Shown here: positions 18,284 to 28,600 of the stretch, piece after piece
How the letters are laid out: each line of letters opens with the position of its first letter
Position numbering within the stretch: the stretch's first letter is position 1
IMG/VR virus record: IMGVR_UViG_3300042868_005134
Coordinates: 124,001-188,000 of that record
DNA: 64,000 nucleotides
Strand: one strand, 5' to 3'
Notes under the pieces: generated by a model
What the model was told of the DNA's origin: nothing
Databases searched by the model: none
Seen by the model: only the letters and a program-made list of their open reading frames with translations
Translations under genes and position numbers: made by a program

Positions 18284-19510
18284 TCATAATCCGTACTTTC
18301 CTTTTACTGCGTTAAAATTCTGTTTGACTTCTGCGGCTGATAATGGACTGTTATATATTTTAACTGAGGGGACCTGTCCAATAAACCAGCGTTCCCCGGA
18401 ATCTTGAAAACCTCTTCCAATATTGACATTATTAAAATTTCCAGGCCAGGTATACGAAGCAGCAGCACTCTGTACAACTGATCCATTGTAAAATGATGTA
18501 AAGGTATTTCCATTTTTTGTTAGGCAGGCACAGTGATATACCGACGAATTTAGTCCAGACGACACAACAGTCCAAAATTCGTAGTTACCTGACAGGTCTC
18601 CAGTAATCCAAACTAAATTTCCTGAACTATTTTGTTCTAATCTAGGTCCGACATTACTGTATGATCCAGGGTATCTAAGCCAATTACAATCTATAGGATT
18701 CCTATAATTAGCTACACTATCAGATTTAAACCATATCTCTACAGTAAAATTTGATATACCTGTAATTGCGTTAACTGAAGCGTAGTTACTACCGTTGAAA
18801 CTAAACGTACTATTACTAGCATAAGTCAAACTCGCGGCTGTAATTGTACTATTATTTGTTAAATCTAATAGGGCTTGCGTGGTAGATCGTGTGTTATTCG
18901 TGTACGGTGAAACAAATGTTGAGTCGTTGCGATCTTCTTTAAATGGTGCAGCCCAATATACGGTAATTGGCACATTGAGAGTAGCGCCTGCTGGATTTAT
19001 TGCCCAATATTTTCCATCGCTGCCGCCGCCTGCACTGTAGAATATAACATGTGCTCTGTACCAACCGTCGCCCATGTCATCGTAGTTTCCTGTACTTTGC
19101 CAGCCGCCGATATTGGAATAGTGTGTGTAAATAGGAGTTGATGAATTTAATCCGGATCTGCCCACAGCTGGTTTAAAAAATATACTATGTCCTGTGTATC
19201 TTGCTGCTGCACCGCCGCCTGCTCCTGTTACAACACCAATACCTGGATTGCCAGCATTGGTCAAATAGCTGACTCCAGTGGCTGTAACAGGAGTGAGTAC
19301 TTGTTTATAAACAGGTTGGCCTCTATACGATTCTGTTGTCACAGTTAAAGATGAAGTTACATCCGATGGTGTATTTAAATAGGTGCCTATGCCTATGCCA
19401 GCAGAAATATTTGTAGTGGGCGCACCTTGGAAAGACTTCTGAGTATTTGACATATCATAGTAAAATACCAATCCATCTGTGACTACTTTAGGTGAATGAA
19501 ATAATGACAT
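18284..19510 (-). CDS. LamG domain virion protein with inserted passenger domain
   Basis: Paralogue of 11030-12247, sharing 'MSL.HSP.VVT.GLV.Y.DMSNTQKS..GAPTTN' and 'RS.TQA.LDLTNNSTITA.SLTYASN.TFSFNGSN'. Confidence 0.8.
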   Translation of the reverse strand: MSLFHSPKVVTDGLVFYYDMSNTQKSFQGAPTTNISAGIGIGTYLNTPSDVTSSLTVTTESYRGQPVYKQVLTPVTATGVSYLTNAGNPGIGVVTGAGGGAAARYTGHSIFFKPAVGRSGLNSSTPIYTHYSNIGGWQSTGNYDDMGDGWYRAHVIFYSAGGGSDGKYWAINPAGATLNVPITVYWAAPFKEDRNDSTFVSPYTNNTRSTTQALLDLTNNSTITAASLTYASNSTFSFNGSNYASVNAITGISNFTVEIWFKSDSVANYRNPIDCNWLRYPGSYSNVGPRLEQNSSGNLVWITGDLSGNYEFWTVVSSGLNSSVYHCACLTKNGNTFTSFYNGSVVQSAAASYTWPGNFNNVNIGRGFQDSGERWFIGQVPSVKIYNSPLSAAEVKQNFNAVKGKYGL

Positions 19511-20214
19511 TATGTTCCGTATCGTTTTCTATGTGATGTTTGGTATTGTTGAATAACTTGTGAAGCTGAGTGTGCGGCGTTGTAAACCTGCATGGCTCCA
19601 AAATCTCCTAGCCAATGTCCCCAGCCCCAAAAAATTCCAATACTGCCCATGTTGCCGCCACCAAGTGAACGAGGCGAAACTACATTCAATACATAATCTT
19701 GTACACCATTTATGTACATGACCATATTGGTACCACTGGTTCTAACAAACGCAAGATGTACCCAGGCGCCTGTATTGGCCGATGCTCCAGTGCTGGTATA
19801 ATAATTCCATTGACTGTCGTACTGAACGTAATATAGTTTTCCGTCATTTAATCCGTAACCTACATTAACAGGGCCGCCGCTCCAGTGTGAAAATAATGCT
19901 CGCTGACCAGTGGCTGTTGTGCGTACAGAAAAATATACAGTGCAGACAGTTGGTAATGTAAAATCGGTGTGAGCAATATAGTCATTCGATCCGTCAAATG
20001 ATAGATATTTGATATTGTTAACATTGTCGAATGTGGGGCCGTTAAGCAGCGTTCCTACCCTAGTACCTTGCAAATCATTTAGTGTGGTTCCTGAGTATGA
20101 CAGTGTTCTGTTGAGATCTACTGCAAAATCTAAATTTGCAGATATGAGACCGGCTCGTGAATTTTCCTTTGACGAATTTATCAAAGAGTCAGCAACTCCG
20201 TAGGTGGTTGACAT
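19510..20214 (-). CDS. LamG domain protein
   Basis: 'SFDGSNDYI', 'WVHLAFVR', 'MQVYNAAHSASQVIQQY'. Confidence 0.75.
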   Translation of the reverse strand: MSTTYGVADSLINSSKENSRAGLISANLDFAVDLNRTLSYSGTTLNDLQGTRVGTLLNGPTFDNVNNIKYLSFDGSNDYIAHTDFTLPTVCTVYFSVRTTATGQRALFSHWSGGPVNVGYGLNDGKLYYVQYDSQWNYYTSTGASANTGAWVHLAFVRTSGTNMVMYINGVQDYVLNVVSPRSLGGGNMGSIGIFWGWGHWLGDFGAMQVYNAAHSASQVIQQYQTSHRKRYGT

Positions 20215-23200
20215 TACTCAATCTCCACCACAAGTTTTTCAACGTCGACTCGCTCCCCATATACTGTGTAGAAACAATCAATCTTAGATGGAAACAACCC
20301 ACTATTTTCAACATGAACAACATTGTCTTTAATACATAGAACATACAAATTTTGATGTTTACCAATTGGTGTTAAGTTTACTGTGATGGAGTCAGGATCT
20401 ACAAGTTTGGTCCAGTATTCTGGAAGTTCAATCGTATTACCTTTTAATCTACCTCTTACATAAACACCGTTTTCAGGTCCTTCTAAACTACCATATCGTA
20501 ATTTCATTCCAGCTCTAGTTGGGTGATCAATTACAAAAGATTTAGTAGTTGCTGCGAATGAACCAACGACTTGAAGTGTGTACACTGGAGCACTAGTACC
20601 GACACCAACATTGCCGCCATCTCTGTTCAATAATAAACTTGCTGGAGATGAATTGCTATCATTGTTATATGCTCCGATAACACTACCATTGGTTGTGCTT
20701 CCACCTATCCTTAGTTGCTTTCCGCCACTAGTTCCAAACTGACAATGCCATACGTCCGCAGCAGTATTGACGCTAAGTTTATATCCTGGACTTGATGTGC
20801 CTACTCCAAAATATCCACTAGTATTAAATACGCCTACTTGTAAAGCATTAACCATGAATGATAATGGATAACTATTATATGTTCCAACGAATCCACCAGG
20901 TGTTACGCCACTAACAGCTTGCCATGCATCATGAGCATACATACCCATACTAACAGTGCCGGTCTTTACATGTATTCTAGCATTGCCGCTGCCGTGAACA
21001 TTCAATTGTCTGTCCCACCCATTGTAATTAGTAGGCGATTCACCAATAGATAATCCACCAAAGGTTTCGCCGATCATGTAACTATTGTGATAAGCAGTAA
21101 ATGTCCCGGCACTATTAACCTCAAAGCGAACTGTGTTGTTTGTTGCAAATTGTAATGCTCTGGCCGAATCTGTTCCCAAAACAGTTGCGTAGTTATAAGA
21201 TCCTGAAAATGTTGAGGCAACTGAACCTTGATTACCAAATATGGTGTTTCCAGCAGTGTTTTTTATAACAAACAAAGCGGCGTTTGCACCTGTTGTTGAC
21301 TCCATTCTCGTTAACACCGAGGCATTTTGAATGTCTAACGAATATCCATTAGCAACTGTGGTGGTGCCAATGCCAACTCCGCCAGTTGAGGTCGAAGTAC
21401 CAACTAGCACCATGGTAGGAACATCGCCCACATAACTTGCGCCCACTGTATAAAAATGCAACTCTCCCCTATTCCAATTAGGGTCGGTGCCGCTAGCGCC
21501 ACCGATGCCCGTCTTTTTGCCCATAATGGCAGCATACATCGAGTTGTAACTACCGGAGTTAGAAAGAGCTGAGAATGTTATTGCTGGAGAATAAGAATTA
21601 GTTGTATTATTTTCATTATGAAGTGTAAGACCAATACTTTGGCCTCTAGTAGTTCCAGAGCTGCTTCTTGTGATGGCTATAACTGCATCTTTACCATCCG
21701 CAGCCCAATTAGTGCCATTAGATGTTAATAGTCGATTATTTCTTGAAGTATAGTGAGTTGAATCTGAATCCACGTTAGTAAAACTAAAAAACTCATCGTT
21801 GGGCGCAAGGAATCTGCCTCCGCCATTGAAGCTTGACATTGTAGTTGTAGTTGAGCCTCGGCCAGTTACTGTGGCCAGAGTATCGGCTTCAGCAGTTAGT
21901 GGAGTAATGTTTCCTTCATGCCACACTCTATGAGCAACTGCGCCCATGCTCCAACCACCAACTTTTAAGTCAGTACCATCTAATCCTAGTTTTATAGCAT
22001 ATGATCCAGGTCTATGGAAAGTCATGTAAGCAGGGTTAGTACTGCCAGTTCCATATATTTCCAATCCTGGAGTACCTTGAGAACCATCAGCAAATGTTCC
22101 AGAACTGCCCCTTGTAATAAACCCGCGGTTTGTCACGGTGGCCAGTGTATCGGCTTCTGCTGTAAGATACGTGCTAGTGTCTGCACTAAGTACGCCGCCA
22201 ACGCCAAGTTTAACGAATCCAGATGTTCCAAGGTCTGGAAGTTTGACAGAGCCGTTTGCTGTTAGACCACCTGAGAAAGTTGATAGAGTACTGGTAGTGG
22301 CGCCTCGGCTAGTAACAGTTGACAGTGTATCAGCTTCAGCAAATGATGTTAAAATAGTAGCACCGTTAATAGTAGCACTTGAAGCACTGGTAAGTTCAGG
22401 TACGCTATCTGGAGTAAAGGCAGCAATATTGGTGCCAGCGCCAGGGCTGCTAATGATAAACATTGTGTCCATTGGCGGTGGATTTGTCCCTGTTTGATTC
22501 CAATTGGTTGTTAGCCGAACATCGCACTGTGCGTAAGCGGTAGTTTCGACGTAGATGGGTATCCATCGTTGATCACCTGTGCCTGTCACTGATGCGCCCA
22601 CAGTTACTCTAAAATTGTTTGGGCCAATGCCTATATATTCAACTAGTCTAAGTGTTGATGTTGGACCGCTGCCATAAGATACAGTGTATTTTTTCTTAAG
22701 ACCAGAACCGTAATATTTTTCCAACAATTCAATTTCAATAACACCAATGCTATTCCAGTCGTTGAAATCCACAGCAACTCTTGCTATTTCAAATTGTTTT
22801 GCCTGGTTACCGCTTTGTGGTATTGCCCAATAAAACGTTTTAACTGCCGACACAGGACCTTGATATGCTGTAGAATCGTATCCATCTAACAGTTCAGAGT
22901 CTGCAGCTTTTGCAGTTTTACCTAGATATCTTAAATCTAGATCTACAGATGCTAACCCAGTTACGTGTCCATAAGTATCAAGTGTTACATCTTGAATTAC
23001 TGTTCCGTTAGAATTATCAACACTTGCTTGACTGCTAGTATCGGCATGATTAACTGTGACCGCACCTGTGGCACCAGATATCGTGATTGCATTACCTGCA
23101 ACTAAACTAGTAACACCTGTATTGGTAATTACCGGAGTTGATCCTTCACCTGTGGCTGTTCCCACGGTAATGCCAGTGCCTGCTGTCATTGAAGCAACAT

Positions 23201-25598
23201 AGTTACCTGTAGTGTCTGTTCCCAATGCCACGCTGTCGGCAGCAATTGTTGTGGCAAAGCTAGCGGTGCCGCTGGCTAAGTCTGTTAGCGTGGCAGTACC
23301 AGTTCCTGTAACGTCACCTGTTAATGTAATAGTGACAACTGGGTCGGGCTTGTTTGTTATATTAGTCCAATCGTTATAGTAACTACCGTTTTGTCCATCT
23401 AATAAATCTGCGTTTAAGTTAGTGACTACTGTTGTGCTGGTTACTGTCAACGGTGCTGTGCCTACAGCCACTGTTGAAATTAATTCTGTTCCTGATAATT
23501 TTGTGTTAGCAGAAAATGCGTTAGTAGTTTTAACCCATGTAAATGTTTTATCAGTATCACCTTTAAGTGTGATTCCGCCACCGTCTGCAGTAAAATCAGT
23601 TGCTGCTCCAACTGTAAATGTCACATTGCCTGCGACTGAGTGATTAATGCTAGCTGTAAATTGAGTTAAACTGTTAACAGTTAAGATTAATGCGGCTGCG
23701 CCGAAAGCTCCGGGTCCTGTATTAACAGTCAATGACATTCCAGGAATCAAACTTTTAGTATCGCCTGTTGTTAAATTTACAATAGCAGTTACCAATGTTA
23801 GTGTGGCCTGTAACCCTGATTTGGCAACAATACTACCTAATTCTATATTTTTATCATCAACAGATACTATGGTAGAATTAACAGTAGTGGTTGTTCCATT
23901 AACTATCAAGTCTCCAGATACAGTCATTGTCCCAACTATATCAATTGCTCCGCTTGGCCTAATATAAAATCTATCAGCCATAGTGTTAGAGGTTGCTCCG
24001 CTGGTTCCAACCTGAGCAGTTCTAAATACAATATCTCCGCTGCCGCCCGTGCCAGTGCCATTACCTGCTTCAATTATTGTATTAACGCCTACTTGATTCG
24101 TACCTACAGAGATTCCAGAGCGGAAAGTTGCTATTCCTCCTAGGCCTAAAGTTGAGGCATCGCCCGCGCCTATTGTCGCGGCTCCGCCATTTCCACTGGT
24201 TGCACCACCAGGGCCCGCTTTTAATGTTAAACTAGTACCATTACTAGTCACTCCAGTCGCACCAGGAAGGATGGTTAAATTACTGCTTGTTTGTGTTGTG
24301 ATTGTGGTTGATGTTGAACCTGCACCTACTGTCAGTGTATTATTATTAACCGACATTGCTTGGGCAGCAGTGCCGCCAGCTGTCATCGTTTTAAATACTA
24401 GATTGAATGCTTCGGCGCCAGCAGTTACGTTGGTCGATACTGATTCAATGTAAGAACCGGCAATACCTGTACCAGCAGCGTTTTCTGTAATGAACTGTAC
24501 ACCAGTGCCAATACCTGCAGCGGCAGTGCCTGTGGTTGTATGACTAAATTTAATTGGATAAGTGGTATTGTTAGCAACAGCATCATCTAGCGTAAATGTA
24601 TAAGTGTTTGGAACGTACGAAGTATTAGCATTATAAGTGACTGTGTCGCCACTTGCATTGCCAAGTGTTGTATTGCCATCGACTAATAAATTACCTCTTA
24701 CAGTGGTATTCAAAGTGGTGGCACCCATGCTGATTGCGGCAGCTTGACCAAAGTTAATTGCAGTAATGTTAGCGTTGAATAAACTTGCTGTACCTGTATT
24801 GCTACTTGCAATACTTGGATTGGTGCCGTTCATATTGAATGTGTGGGCGTTGGTTCCTGTAATCGTTTGATTGCCAATGGTCAATGTGCCAGTGGCAGCG
24901 CCTATATCAATAGTTGTGGCTGCACCAAATGCGTTAACTGTTGTACTTGTTGTATTCCACAAGGTAACAGTTGCTTGTGTTCCTACTACAGTTGGATTAC
25001 TTAGTGTAATAGTTCCGCTAGTTGTACCTACCGAAATAGTAGTCGCTGCGCCAAATAAATTACCAGTTGTTGACACTGTATTGAATACGTTGGCTGTTGT
25101 AACACCTGTATTAGTTCTAATAGTGGCAGTACCAGTTGTGGCATCTCCACGAACTTCAAGTATGCTGTTACCAGTTGTAGTGCCAATGTTTAATACAGCG
25201 GCCGTGCCACCGATATTGAATGTACCGGCGCCAGCACCGGTACCAATATTCATTGTACCAGTAGTCAAACTAGTAAACGCATTTATAATACCAGTTGTTA
25301 CGTCTGTTGATAAATTGATTGTACCTGCTGCTGTGCCAGACACTTTCAATATATTGCCAGTAATTGCTCCGCCTAACGTAGTTGTTGTTAATGCTGCAGC
25401 ACTAGTGCCTAAATTAATTGTTGTGCCGCCTGCTTGAAAATCAGTACCTACGTACAGTTTCTTAGCAATTGCGCTGCCGCCAGCAGTATTTAAAGAAGCA
25501 TTTGTATCAGATGAGCTTGATGCATCTGTCGTGCTTTGTATTGTAGTCTTTTCTGTGACAGTCAGGCCGTTCTTAACGACGAAGTCTATTGTTGCCAT
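20214..25598 (-). CDS. Long tail fibre protein (1794 aa) with conserved C-terminal chaperone-like domain
   Basis: T/G/A-rich repeats, 'NADLLDG', 'VGVGTSSP' repeats and C-terminal 'KSFVIDHP....LRYGSLEGPENGVYVRG...LPEYW..LVD..SITVNLTPIG'. Confidence 0.8.
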   Translation of the reverse strand: MATIDFVVKNGLTVTEKTTIQSTTDASSSSDTNASLNTAGGSAIAKKLYVGTDFQAGGTTINLGTSAAALTTTTLGGAITGNILKVSGTAAGTINLSTDVTTGIINAFTSLTTGTMNIGTGAGAGTFNIGGTAAVLNIGTTTGNSILEVRGDATTGTATIRTNTGVTTANVFNTVSTTGNLFGAATTISVGTTSGTITLSNPTVVGTQATVTLWNTTSTTVNAFGAATTIDIGAATGTLTIGNQTITGTNAHTFNMNGTNPSIASSNTGTASLFNANITAINFGQAAAISMGATTLNTTVRGNLLVDGNTTLGNASGDTVTYNANTSYVPNTYTFTLDDAVANNTTYPIKFSHTTTGTAAAGIGTGVQFITENAAGTGIAGSYIESVSTNVTAGAEAFNLVFKTMTAGGTAAQAMSVNNNTLTVGAGSTSTTITTQTSSNLTILPGATGVTSNGTSLTLKAGPGGATSGNGGAATIGAGDASTLGLGGIATFRSGISVGTNQVGVNTIIEAGNGTGTGGSGDIVFRTAQVGTSGATSNTMADRFYIRPSGAIDIVGTMTVSGDLIVNGTTTTVNSTIVSVDDKNIELGSIVAKSGLQATLTLVTAIVNLTTGDTKSLIPGMSLTVNTGPGAFGAAALILTVNSLTQFTASINHSVAGNVTFTVGAATDFTADGGGITLKGDTDKTFTWVKTTNAFSANTKLSGTELISTVAVGTAPLTVTSTTVVTNLNADLLDGQNGSYYNDWTNITNKPDPVVTITLTGDVTGTGTATLTDLASGTASFATTIAADSVALGTDTTGNYVASMTAGTGITVGTATGEGSTPVITNTGVTSLVAGNAITISGATGAVTVNHADTSSQASVDNSNGTVIQDVTLDTYGHVTGLASVDLDLRYLGKTAKAADSELLDGYDSTAYQGPVSAVKTFYWAIPQSGNQAKQFEIARVAVDFNDWNSIGVIEIELLEKYYGSGLKKKYTVSYGSGPTSTLRLVEYIGIGPNNFRVTVGASVTGTGDQRWIPIYVETTAYAQCDVRLTTNWNQTGTNPPPMDTMFIISSPGAGTNIAAFTPDSVPELTSASSATINGATILTSFAEADTLSTVTSRGATTSTLSTFSGGLTANGSVKLPDLGTSGFVKLGVGGVLSADTSTYLTAEADTLATVTNRGFITRGSSGTFADGSQGTPGLEIYGTGSTNPAYMTFHRPGSYAIKLGLDGTDLKVGGWSMGAVAHRVWHEGNITPLTAEADTLATVTGRGSTTTTMSSFNGGGRFLAPNDEFFSFTNVDSDSTHYTSRNNRLLTSNGTNWAADGKDAVIAITRSSSGTTRGQSIGLTLHNENNTTNSYSPAITFSALSNSGSYNSMYAAIMGKKTGIGGASGTDPNWNRGELHFYTVGASYVGDVPTMVLVGTSTSTGGVGIGTTTVANGYSLDIQNASVLTRMESTTGANAALFVIKNTAGNTIFGNQGSVASTFSGSYNYATVLGTDSARALQFATNNTVRFEVNSAGTFTAYHNSYMIGETFGGLSIGESPTNYNGWDRQLNVHGSGNARIHVKTGTVSMGMYAHDAWQAVSGVTPGGFVGTYNSYPLSFMVNALQVGVFNTSGYFGVGTSSPGYKLSVNTAADVWHCQFGTSGGKQLRIGGSTTNGSVIGAYNNDSNSSPASLLLNRDGGNVGVGTSAPVYTLQVVGSFAATTKSFVIDHPTRAGMKLRYGSLEGPENGVYVRGRLKGNTIELPEYWTKLVDPDSITVNLTPIGKHQNLYVLCIKDNVVHVENSGLFPSKIDCFYTVYGERVDVEKLVVEIE

Positions 25599-25625
25599 TT
25601 GGTTTCACTCTCCACCAGTATGTTG

Positions 25626-25632
25626 TATTTAT
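25626..25632 (-). promoter_or_regulatory. Late promoter (ATAAATA) overlapping upstream stop codon
   Basis: AATAAATA spans the TAA at 25634-25632; SD GGAGAG lies downstream. Confidence 0.6.
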
Positions 25633-28600
25633 TAGATAGTGTTTAACGTTCTCACTACCCTCACTTTGATTGTATTACCTGCTGTCGATTGGGCAGAAAG
25701 TTCTAAATTAGCACCGTTCACAGCGGCTGTAAACACTACTAAACTATTGCCAGTTTTAACTACACCGTAGTCTGTCATTTGTGCTGTTGTGCCGTTATGA
25801 ATTGTTAAAATTTCACTAACTTGATAGTTGCCACTGTCAGTACCTGCTGTACAAGTTACTTGTAAAATGTACTTGGCACTGCGGTATGTAGCTATTGGAA
25901 ATGTACTTACTACTGTAGGAGCGCTAGCGACAATGCTAGCTGTTTCGCTTGAACTTTCGTATGCTTGACCGTTTAATGATAGTGTTCCTATAGCAAGTGT
26001 ACTTGTTGTGCTACCAATATTAATTGTGCCGGTAGTTACACCGGTATAGATATTGACTGTGCCAGTAGTCACATCACTGGTCAAGTTAACTGTGCCTGCT
26101 GTAGTGCTTTTAATTTTAACAATATTACCAGTTACAGCACCGCCAAATGTTAGTGTACTTGCTCCACCCGTAGCATTTGTAGCAATATTGATGGCTGTGG
26201 CACTAGATGATGAGTTGGCTAGTGCCAGTGTGGTTGCCGAGCCAGCAAAGTTAACTGTGCCAACAATCTGATTAAACACATTAGCAGTGGACATTGAAGT
26301 TTCTAAATCTAATTGATTCGAAACCCCCGACTGGTCAATACGCATACGCTCAGTCATCACTTGTTGCTCGTCTCCCGAACTTCCCTGTGACGGTGTCTTA
26401 AACTTTATTGAGCCGCCCGCCATACTGTTGCCAGTGTTGGCGCCACTTTGAATAATAATGTTGGCGCCGGCTATGTTTGTACCTACTGCGTTTTCGCCTT
26501 TTAACGTTGAAGTTACTGGTGCAACACTGGCTTCGCTTGAGCCTAGCGTTATGTTTCTATTTCTCAAAACAATAGTACTTTCTCTTACTATTGTACCAAC
26601 ACGAGCCAAGTTAGATTGTGTAGTAGCTGTAGTAATTTTAAAACTAAATGTAGTACTTGTTGCGCTGGCCGACGTTACAGGCCATGTGCCGTTGATGTTA
26701 GTATCGCCTGAACTAGCGACAGTAACTTGATCTCCTGTTCTAATACCTAAACTTGTGTTAGTGTCAGTGAACGCTATTGGGGTTGTTACTGTGATAATTC
26801 CTGTTACTGCTGAACTCAAGTACACACGGGCAGCGTCAACACCTGATACTGTTGTACCTGCTGGAATAAATGCGTTACCTTGTACAAGCATACCTGTTCG
26901 TACACCCGCAGCAATTGGACTAGATCCAAACATTAAGAATGTGTCTGCATTAGTTGATGCTGTGCCTAAACTCATGCCAGTTGCGCCAATGAACACACTG
27001 CCTGTTCCTGCTGTTGACACCACAGTAGCACCAGTATTTGCGTAGGTAAATGTAGTCAAACTGGTTACTGTAACAACGGCGTTAACAGTATTAAATCCAG
27101 CGTCACCGCAAACAATAGTCACTGTATCAGTTGAGATTAATCCGTGATTGGTAGTTGTGGCAATTGTTGCCACGTTTGAGCCGTTTCGTGCTACTGTGCT
27201 GATAACACCTGTTAGTCCAACGTTGGCTGTTACAGTTACTATAGCACTGCCGCCGGTTGTGTAACTCTTAACATTGGTTGTAAATGCTTCACTGGCTGTA
27301 TTTGATCCAATAACTACACTGCTTGCAGCACTGCCAATAGATACTGCTTTGGTGTTGGCGTCAAATACAAATGCTTGTGCTGTACTACTGGTTGTAATTG
27401 CAGCACCTGTAGCATCATATGATTTAGCAATTGTTAAACCTGGACTCCACTGTGGCGCGGTGCCACTACTAGTCATTACGGTATTAGCAACACCAATATT
27501 TAATTTGTTTAGTGTAGCAGATGCACTAGCATATAGTGTATCACCTTGTGTATACGTTACTAAACCAGTTCCTCCCACGCTAACTGGTTGAGTTGTGTGA
27601 TTGGCAGAATCTAGTACGTAAGCTAAATTTTTAGTTTGTAATGTTCCAGCATCAATAACATTGTCTTTTATCAACACTTGACCTTCACCTAAACTAGATC
27701 CAAGTCCTACACTAAATTGTACAGTGTTAAAACTAGCTACGCCTGGGCTTGTATAGTTGCCCACAGCACCAGTACTGTTTACTTTAGTAACATCAAATGT
27801 TAGTGCGCCGTAGTACGGGCTTGATCCGCTGCCTGTTAATGTTAAAGCACTGCTAGCTGCAAGAGCTGCACTTTGTACCACAGTTGACCAAATACTATCA
27901 CCTCGCAAAAACGTACTGCTACTAGCTGAACCAGTGGCTAATCGTGATGTTGCAATAATACCAGATACAATATTACTAGCATCAATTGTGGTAGCAACTA
28001 AACTATTCCAGTTGCCCCGTGTTTGACTACTTGTATTCACTACTCCAGTAATTTTAATGCTATTCTTAATAAATGTTATAGTTCCTGAACCTGTAGCAGT
28101 TAAATCAACAGCACCGATAGTTACACCAGCAGTACTATCTAACGCATCGCTTCGCAATTCATGAATACTAAAACTATTTGTAGTTATGCTGCCAACAAAG
28201 AAGTGCCTTCCTGAAGTAATTTGTACACTACTCTGCTCTGGTAAACTTGATCCTATTATCTGAAAAGCGTCGCCTGTAGTAAATCCATGAGCAGGTACAG
28301 TAATAGTATTGTTAACAATATCTACCGTCTTACGTGTAAATGTATGGCCGGTGCCTGTACTAGAACTTAGTACTTGAATTGTTCCCAATGAATAGTTATT
28401 ATACAATTCAATTGTGCTTGTGGTAATAACTTTAGCATAATAAACGTTACCAGATATTAGGCCACCTACTGCTGGGTCTGTACCGGGACTGTATATTACA
28501 GGGTCGCCGTTAGTGAATCCGTGGAGTGCCAGTGTGGTAATTCTATTTAATACAGTGTCAACGCCGCCGCCACTGCCTGTTGAAGCAGCATTGAATGTTG

